Below are positions 55,561 through 64,000 of a DNA stretch of 64,000 nt, one piece after another. Position 1 is the first letter of the stretch; the number at the start of each line of letters is the position of its first letter. The notes below the pieces were generated by a model that was not told where the DNA came from, searched no databases, and saw only the letters and a program-made list of their open reading frames with translations. The position numbers and the translations under genes are program-made. Source of the DNA: Eledone cirrhosa (Eukaryota); contig OZ024740.1 in assembly GCA_964016885.1 (NCBI GenBank), positions 128,092,001-128,156,000 of the forward strand, in the 5' to 3' direction.

Positions 55561-57191
55561 AAAGTTTTGGGTGAATATGATTCTTGAGTAATGCAAATAG
55601 AGAGACTACTACTGAGCAACATAAGTGATTTGGTATTTTCTACCGCAATAGTTTTATATATAGCTACACAGTTATATGTTTGCTTTTATGCAAAATGTGA
55701 AAGCATACTGGGAGATACATACAAAAAACACCCACATGAATTAGGTATTAAAAAAACTAGTCAACAACAGAACATATACAGGGTTATTGGCCATACTAGT
55801 AATAGTAGCTAAACATACTTTTTCCATATCAAAAAAGGTAGAACATATATGATAGTATAGACGTAGGTGAACTTTACCTGAAATGATGTAATGGATATGG
55901 GTTCAATCGTAGGTCTGCTCTAACTCAATGCAGACATGTTACTAAACAAGCAGGACAGCATATTTAGAAAGCTATTTTTAACTCTCTATATAGCATTTTG
56001 TTCCTGAAAGTTCTTTTATATACATGCATATACACAATATGGAGATAAGAAGGATACATCACCACAAAATCCATATGCACATCCAGACATTACATTTACA
56101 TCTTTCTTCAAACCTTTCCAGACAAACCACTTGTACATGACAATGTTTCTAGAAAGAACACTCTTCTGCTTGCATGAACAACAAATAAACTTCAGGTAGA
56201 AGATTCATTCATGAATGGAACAACTGAGTTAGTCATTATCTTAATTTCCACTACTACTATACATTATCCAAGGCAATAACCATTGGAATCTGAAAATCAG
56301 GATTATTATTAAAATGTATTTTAAAAACATTTTTAATGAAATAAATAATATTGAATAAACTGACATTGAATAATAAATGTAAACATCATCATCATCATCA
56401 TTGTATATATTTTATATCAATGTCTGTGAGACTTCTAAATGTATTTGTATATACACATAATTATGTTTATTCATATTAGAAGAGTGTTTCTGAGAGACAG
56501 AGAGAGGTAGAAAGGAAGATAGATATTCTAAACTAAATTTCTGGTGTTTATCACAACAATATTATTTATTTTAAATATATTTTTACTGTGATTGATCAAT
56601 AAAAATTAAATCGATATATATTTCAACAAAGTAAGATAAATAGAGTCAACTACCTGACTGTTCTCATCAGTTGCAGCCATCAGAGAGTGATCAGATCTTT
56701 TGAATTTATGAGAGATTAAAAAAGTTAAATTCCTGGATAAGGAAAGAATATGGGCTTATCAAAAATTGCAATACTTTGATTGCTAACACCAGAAATATTC
56801 TGTTTAATATAACACACTCACACACATATACATATATGTATATCATAAGTTGACAGAACTAGCAGCGTACTCAATAGCTAACGTTAAGTAAACTCCCAGA
56901 GTAGACACATAGTTATTCGCTTCAATACAATACAATGCCAGACCCTTGATACTGACTCACCAGAGAAAGCACTGAGAGAAATGCAGGTAATTTGCAAATA
57001 AAAAAGGCTTTTTTATAAATATGGATAAATCAAACATTAACAATAGATCTGAGCTACATGGAGCCAATCAGCTTTTGTGACCAGTCGCATTTTAATCATG
57101 AAATAAATAGATTAAAACTATTGTTTTATTTTGACATTTTCATTTTACCATATTTTAGTTTCACCATTATATTTCCTAATGCTTTTTAAGT

Positions 57192-57335
<144 letters not shown>

Positions 57336-57830
57336 ATACCTCTTGAACCTACAATAATTTTCAAATAAAACAGTTCTTTTATTGACTCACGGATACCCTA
57401 TAGTCTAATGTGGAACACATTGCTTATAATTAAAAGGCAAAATTTCTTTCATCACAGGAGAATAACACAAGCTTGTAGCAAGATATTTGCTTTTGCTGTT
57501 TATTTACTTTAATACTTATGTAAAAATACTTATATTTGCCAAAGTCAGAAAGCTATGTGGATATGCACAATATATAAGACCCATAATTTTATTAAAAACA
57601 AAAGAGGTTAAAAAGAAACCCTATGTCCACTATATCCAACAGCATGGTATAGCACATTCCGACAAATACTGGATTACTCCCTTTAATATCCCTCAGGAGT
57701 AGAGATTTTGATCTCAAAATATCAGGACATATAAATAAATTAATATAAAGCACATAACATCTTGTTTCATCTGAATTTTTATTCCTCTATTTTGTGTTGT
57801 CGTCGCTTTTAAACATCTACTTCTATATAT

Positions 57831-57863
<33 letters not shown>

Positions 57864-57900
57864 TGCATATATATATACATATATGTACACACACACATAT

Positions 57901-58110
57901 ATCTATCTATGTAGGGCGGGTAAAATTCCCGAGATCCATGGACGAGTTCTCTCCAGCGGTCTCTGTCCCTCATTATCACTGCCATGTCATGCGTCTCCAA
58001 GAGACCAGTGTCTGTCCTTAGGGCATCAACATATTTTAACCTCGGTCTTCCTCTTCCAGTATGTCCATGCAGGGGCTACCACAGGAGCACCGAGTGCAGT
58101 GTCAACTCTG
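57901..58110 (-). mobile_element. RTE LINE extreme 3' end
   Basis: HGHTGRGRPRLKYVD...MRDRDRWRELV; (TAGA) tail. Confidence 0.75.
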
Positions 58111-61100
58111 GATGTCAGTGAGCATTTTCCATGCTAGCATGGGTTAGACAAGTTGTCCTGTTGTGAGAAATTTCAGGACAGGTGCCCAACTCTTGCAAAT
58201 AGAGAACTGATTTTGGCTTGGTTTCTACAGCTAGATGCCCTTCATAACATCAAGTGAGCATCTGCAGTGCTTTTACTTGGCATAAATCCAAACTGCATCT
58301 CATCTAGATTAACTTGGTCCCTAATCAGCTGTGCTATAACTCTTTCTGTTACTTTCGTGAACTGATCCATCAACTTGATATTTCTACAGCTTCATCTACC
58401 TAGTGCATCTCCTTTACCATAATAGCAGTTAACAATGATGCTGCTATGCTAATCACTTGGTATGACACAATTTAGTATTACTTGCTTTACAATATGTGTG
58501 AGCCACCAATCCAGATACTTTCAGCATCTCAACAGCTATCCTCGATGGACTGGCTGCTTTCCTGTTTTTCATATATATGCAAGCACGGAAAAGCAGACAT
58601 GAGATATGGACACACATTCTACTTTGTGGCAATGAAAATTTGAGCCAACAAAATTCATGATAACAAACACTTTCTAATAATTTAGCAACAAATAATATGT
58701 CAATGAAAGATTTTCTTTAAACAAATAATACTCAAAATAACAAAATTTACCACCGCTAAAGGAAATATATCTATCTACATTTACGTATAGATAGCCTCTG
58801 CACATCAAAACACTAGAATTTAAGGCTACCACATATATTCCTGCCAATTTTCAGCCTCATTCTGACTTGTTATTTCAGTTGAGATAGAAGCAATGGAATC
58901 TCTTTTTATAGAAATCAATGTTTTTGCCATGTATTTATGTTTTATAAAAATATTTGTCATACCCAATACAAAGCATGTATAAAAGAACCTTAATGTTAAA
59001 ATAGAAAAAAAAAACAATTCATTTCTAAGAGAGAAAGTGGCATCAACTTAAGTGTTTTTAATGCAGTGTATGGATTCCCTGTATGTGCAATCTATACCAT
59101 TTGAAAAAAGAAAACAAACTAGAATGTGGACAAAGGTATATACAAGCTTAATAATATTTGAGATATGTATACCAATGAAATAAAGCAGCTTTTATTAATG
59201 TGGTGAAAATAGAAACAATTAATTTGTGAATCAGTGAGTAAAACATGTGTTTGGAAAAAGTAAGTTATCTTTATGAACAACATGAGAGAAATGCTTCACA
59301 TACCAGTGTTGATAGTGATGCAACACCAGTAGAATTTAAATCTAACAACAGTTTGTTCAATGTTTTTGTAGTTTAGGTATCCACAGTGTTATGAGGCTTT
59401 GGTAAACTACCAGCTCAGACAAAGACACTGCAGAAACGTTCTGAGCCCAGAAAGGAAATAATTTTTATCCTCAGCAGAATTTTAATTACATTGGGAACTA
59501 TGGTAAGGAATATTACACAACATTAAATCAAAATGGCTAAATGTTAATGAATGTCACGCTAGACTTACACTTGGTTTTAGAAAACCCAAGGCCTACAAGA
59601 ACAAGAACAGGTGTGGTATTCAGTAAGTTGCTGGTTTTTTACTGAGAACTTATTTACTGAGTCACTGGTGTGTCTGCCTCTATTATATGTGACTACCTCA
59701 AGGAGATGTTTCTTCCAATTAAGTTATGCTTACTATCAACAAGCCATTCTAACCTCAGAAACCAAATGTTTGATTTTATCAAATTCTATGTCATATCTCT
59801 TAATAGATTTCCTTTGCTACAGTCCATATTTCAGTAGTTAAAGCTCATTTGTATAGGCAGCCTCTTATGAGGTTTCATTTTATAAGATGTTTTGGGGATA
59901 TTTTAATGATAAAGAATGCTGTGAAATTTTATATCACAAGACTTCCTTTAGTGTTGTAACAAAATGTTTTCCAATGAATCTTTTCAACATCTGCATTTAA
60001 TAGAAAAATGAAGTTGAAATCTTTTTTAAAGTGATTGAACTCTTCTTGGAGAATATTGTGACTTGATGCTGCTTATTCAATGCAATTGTGAAATGCGTGT
60101 GACAAAGATTGTAATTGGAAGAAATGTGTATTTAGGCAATTCCATGTGCCTAAGTGTGAATAATTATGTAAGCATGAATGAGAATCTGAGAAGTGAAAGG
60201 TTCACTGATGATCTGACAAAATTTTATTTGGAAGAGGCTTAACCCAAGCAATGATGACTGGAGTCAAAAGAGAAAGACTGAAATGAAAACAATAAATATC
60301 AGAAGAACTAATAAAGGCTTTTGGCTCTGGTATGAGCTCACAGAGAGAATATCCCACCCTTTATTATAAGTTGTTGAAGAAGGTGGTAATTATTCTTCTG
60401 ATAAAATGCTGCAATACTTTTCGACTGACAACAATCCACTCAATTGATTTTCTTTTAAATGTGACGCAAGAACATTTTACTTTTGATGTTTCTTCTTCAA
60501 TAACCAGAGGTTCTGATAATCACACAGTAGAAAATAATAGTCCTCCTAAAAGGCTTAGAAAAGATCAAAATGTTCCTCTCTTTCATAAATTCCTCCACCT
60601 ATAGCACCGTGCTGTCCTCACTTACCTCACTTACCACAACATGAGAAAAACCTGATTATATGACCTATCTAGTCTCAGAACATAATCTGTTCAACCTATG
60701 TCAGCTTTGAACACTCAAAGAGGGACATAAAATGATAAAGATGATGATACTAATGATATATATATTTAGATCAAGTTCTCACACAAGACTTTAACCACTC
60801 AACAGCCATGCTACTTTGAAGTAAAATGTAGCTTTAGGTAAGTTGTTCTTGTGAAATTGGATATTTTACAAACATAAAGACAATGACAATGATATTATCT
60901 AGACTGTAGACCTGTGTATACAATTGACAATTCATAAGATATTGGATACGATTAAGAAATAAATGGTCACAGCCCTGAACAACATCCTGTGTGTTCTTTT
61001 GATATATAGAACTAGTTTCACTACTTCTCTCTCTCTCTCCCTCTATCTCTATTTCTTTCTAGCTATCTTACTCCAGCTATCTTACTCTGTGTATATATGT

Positions 61101-61432
61101 AAGAAAAGAAAATGAAATACCTTTATGTTCTTCTTGCTCTCACCAGATAATTTGCAATTTGTTCCTCCATGATAGGTCTCTAAATTTCAATTAGATAGCA
61201 AAATAGAAAAGATAATGAAAAAATGGATATAAATATATAGCCTCCTTTTCTTTTCTTCCAATAACCTCAAGCTAGACATCTAGCATTTCTGTAATAAAAT
61301 CATTAATGTACATTTTGTTGTTTTATAACTAATTAACTACAGAGATAAATTAAAGAAACAATTTGAAGAGTAATGATTTTAGTGCTTTCTACATTTTCTA
61401 TCATTTTCTTACACTTTCTTTTTGTTCCCTAT

Positions 61433-61482
<50 letters not shown>

Positions 61483-61842
61483 CATTTGTGAATGTATAAA
61501 CATATGCCTATAGGCATCTAAATTCCTTCTTTTTCCATTTATCTCTTGTACTGGCTCAATCAAGTATGTAAATGCTTTTATTATTCTTTCAACTTATTCT
61601 ATTCTCCTTGTATATATGACACAAAGTCAAACAACATATGGTCTGGCTCTTTTTCTCTTTATTTCATATTTATGATGCACTCCACATAAGCCTGTGGCTC
61701 ATCTCTTATTTTCAATCCCACCCACCCCCTGTATTGCCATATCCCCTTTACTACTGTATACTTCTCAACCAATCAACCAATGATGGCACTAAAATGTCTT
61801 AACTCATAGACATTCACAATTACTACTGCTCCCACCACTATT

Positions 61843-62060
61843 AATATTTGTTTCTACTTAATGTAAAAGACCAGCAATTTTGGAGGAGAGGAAAGTCGAT
61901 TAAATCGACCTTGGTGCATTACTGGTGCTTTATTTTGTTGATCCCCTAAAGATGAAAGGCAGAGCTAACCTCAGCAGGATTTGAACTCAGACCGTAAAGG
62001 GCCGTAACTCTGTCATGCAAAGCATGGTGTCCAACACTCTACTGATACTGCCAATCCACC
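61843..62060 (-). mobile_element. SINE family B
   Basis: Homologous to 3446-3635. Confidence 0.82.
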
Positions 62061-62776
62061 ATATATTATGATTGTTATAGGCAGAGAAATTCTTAATTTT
62101 AATATGGACCCATCCTTTGTCTCCAGTCAACCTTACAAACTTACTCCTTTCTTTCAAATACAGAAAGACGAAGTCAACACCAATTCACCTCCCACCGATA
62201 CCCACATATTTACATCCTTCTTCCTCTTATGGTTAACTCCAAACTTTTAGAGCTGCCACAAGTGGACACTTTAGAAATGCTGGAGCAAAAAGAATATGTA
62301 TGTTTTGGGCAAGAGAGTAAGAAGAGAGAAGCATCAGCTAGGATCCTTGTGGACAAAAAGCAATTCTAAGAATGTTTCTGGATAGGTAACAAAAATATGG
62401 TGTCAATTGTATTATAAATTATTTGGAAGAATAGAAGTTTTCATAAAATGAATTGGAATTTATAGAGATTTAACAAAGCAATATTCATAGTAATTTAATC
62501 CAGATATTTTCATTGCCATATTAAATGACACTATATTATTCTGCTTACCCTCATTCATACTAACATTTGTATATTCAATTTTATAAGTGTGGCCCAACAG
62601 AGAATAAGCTTCATTATAATATAATGCATTTTGGTTAAAGACAGTTTTGTTACAAGATGAAGTACTAATTCTATTAGATATAACTTTAAATATTGTGTTC
62701 TACCAAAGTTGTTTGGAAGAATCTAATCAGACCAGCCTCCTGTCATTTTGTACAATAATATATGTATATATATACA

Positions 62777-64000
62777 TCATCATCATCATCATCATCGTTT
62801 ATCCATTATCATCATCCATCTTCCACACTAGCATGATTTGGATGGGTTTGTCCCATTTGAGGCAAGATTGGTCGAGTGGCCATGTCTCGCTCATATAGAA
62901 CTGTTTCTGGCAGGTTCTTTTATGGCTGGATGCTCTTCCTTACACAACCACTTTACAGAGTTCACTGGGTGCTTTTTGTTGTGTCACCTACATGGCCATA
63001 ATACAGTGTGTATTGGATGTTCTGTGGTACCAACATGACTTTACAGAGAAAGGGTGGTGTGGGCAGAAGTGGGTGGATGGGTACGGGTGTGGGATGGGGT
63101 GTATATTGAGTTAACAGATGCCTCCTGATTGTAGGTTTAAGTTTGTACACAAGGGAAGGCACGTTTTCTGCATTACTACATAGCACCACAGATCTTGATA
63201 CAGTGACTATGTCTTAGAGAGGTGTAAGTGAGCAAGGTCATTTTTTATCATGTTATCCAGGTTTTTCTGGGTCTACCCACTCCGTGGCTTCCATCAAATT
63301 TGATCGCCCTGCAATCAATTATACAGCTGTTGTCCTTCATACATATCACATGTCCATACCAACGCAACCCCCTCTCCTGCAAACAACATTTGATACCACT
63401 TATGCTTAGTCTATCTCTCAATTTGTTTATGCTTTGCTGTTCATGTACATTAATATTAGACATCCATCGGAGAATGCAAGCTTCATTTCTTTCTAATCTA
63501 TGCAAATCTTCTGCACACAACACCCAGGTCTCACTACCATGTAATATTGCTCTTTATATACAAGCATCATACAATCCGCCTTTCATTTTTCAAGAGAAAT
63601 CCTTTGTGGCCAACAGCGGTATTAGCTCTCTGAACGTTTTCCATCCCGTTCTAACTCTGGCACTGTACTTTCAGAATGCTCGCTTCTACTGATGATTTTT
63701 CACCCAGGTAAAAGAAAATGTCTACTATTTCTATAGACCCATCTGGGCAGTTGATTGAGCTAGTATCTAGTGGGCACTCACTACTTACTACTCCTGAGCA
63801 TCAACTACTCATAAAATCTACATTCTTAGGTATCTTGCCTGTGATCCCACTACATCTTTTATGTACCAATACTTTGCATTTGGGGCATAGAATGGAATTT
63901 CTACCTACTCCTTTCTTACACACTGAGCATGGCAATTTCCCAGAGGGCATGTGTGCCCTATTCTCCTTTCTACATATAGAACTTTAGTCTTAGACAAGAT
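62777..64000 (-). mobile_element. RTE LINE 3' part (PHD-containing family), continues beyond the window
   Basis: PCSVCKKGVGRNSILCPKCKVLVHKRCS, LRWYGHV, GRPRKTW, shared (GAT)n tail. Confidence 0.9.

Noticed and set aside
59900-60360. Possible pogo transposase remnant
   Set aside because: Only faint motif resemblance.

Overview
Eukaryotic, AT-rich, repeat-dominated DNA, very probably from an octopodiform cephalopod (inferred from SINE families resembling Octopus tRNA-derived CORE and Nin-type SINEs). There is no long intact protein-coding ORF; most ORFs in the track are (TA)n/(CA)n artefacts or retrotransposon debris. Recognisable elements: a young, full-length but frameshifted RTE LINE (23921-27138, -), several other RTE fragments (one family carries a PHD finger inside ORF2), a Neptune-type Penelope-like element (PLE; RT thumb + GIY-YIG + hammerhead), a CRE-type REL endonuclease remnant, Helitron-like and hAT-type MITEs, many SINEs and a U2 snRNA fragment. 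The most striking structure lies in the first ~30 kb: about a dozen non-coding 0.1-1.1 kb inserts of mostly unrelated sequence, each embedded in (TA)n. Most have a fold-back or partial-tandem architecture with sense 3' ends pointing outward, and many carry minimal type I hammerhead ribozymes with palindromic stem III. They look like a diverse set of PLE-mobilised, retrozyme-like elements; one carries a tRNA cloverleaf instead of a recognisable ribozyme. A possible host gene made of micro-exons (48, 11, 22 and 14 nt plus a terminal exon) spans ~46 kb on the + strand. All calls were made by eye, and repeat boundaries are approximate.
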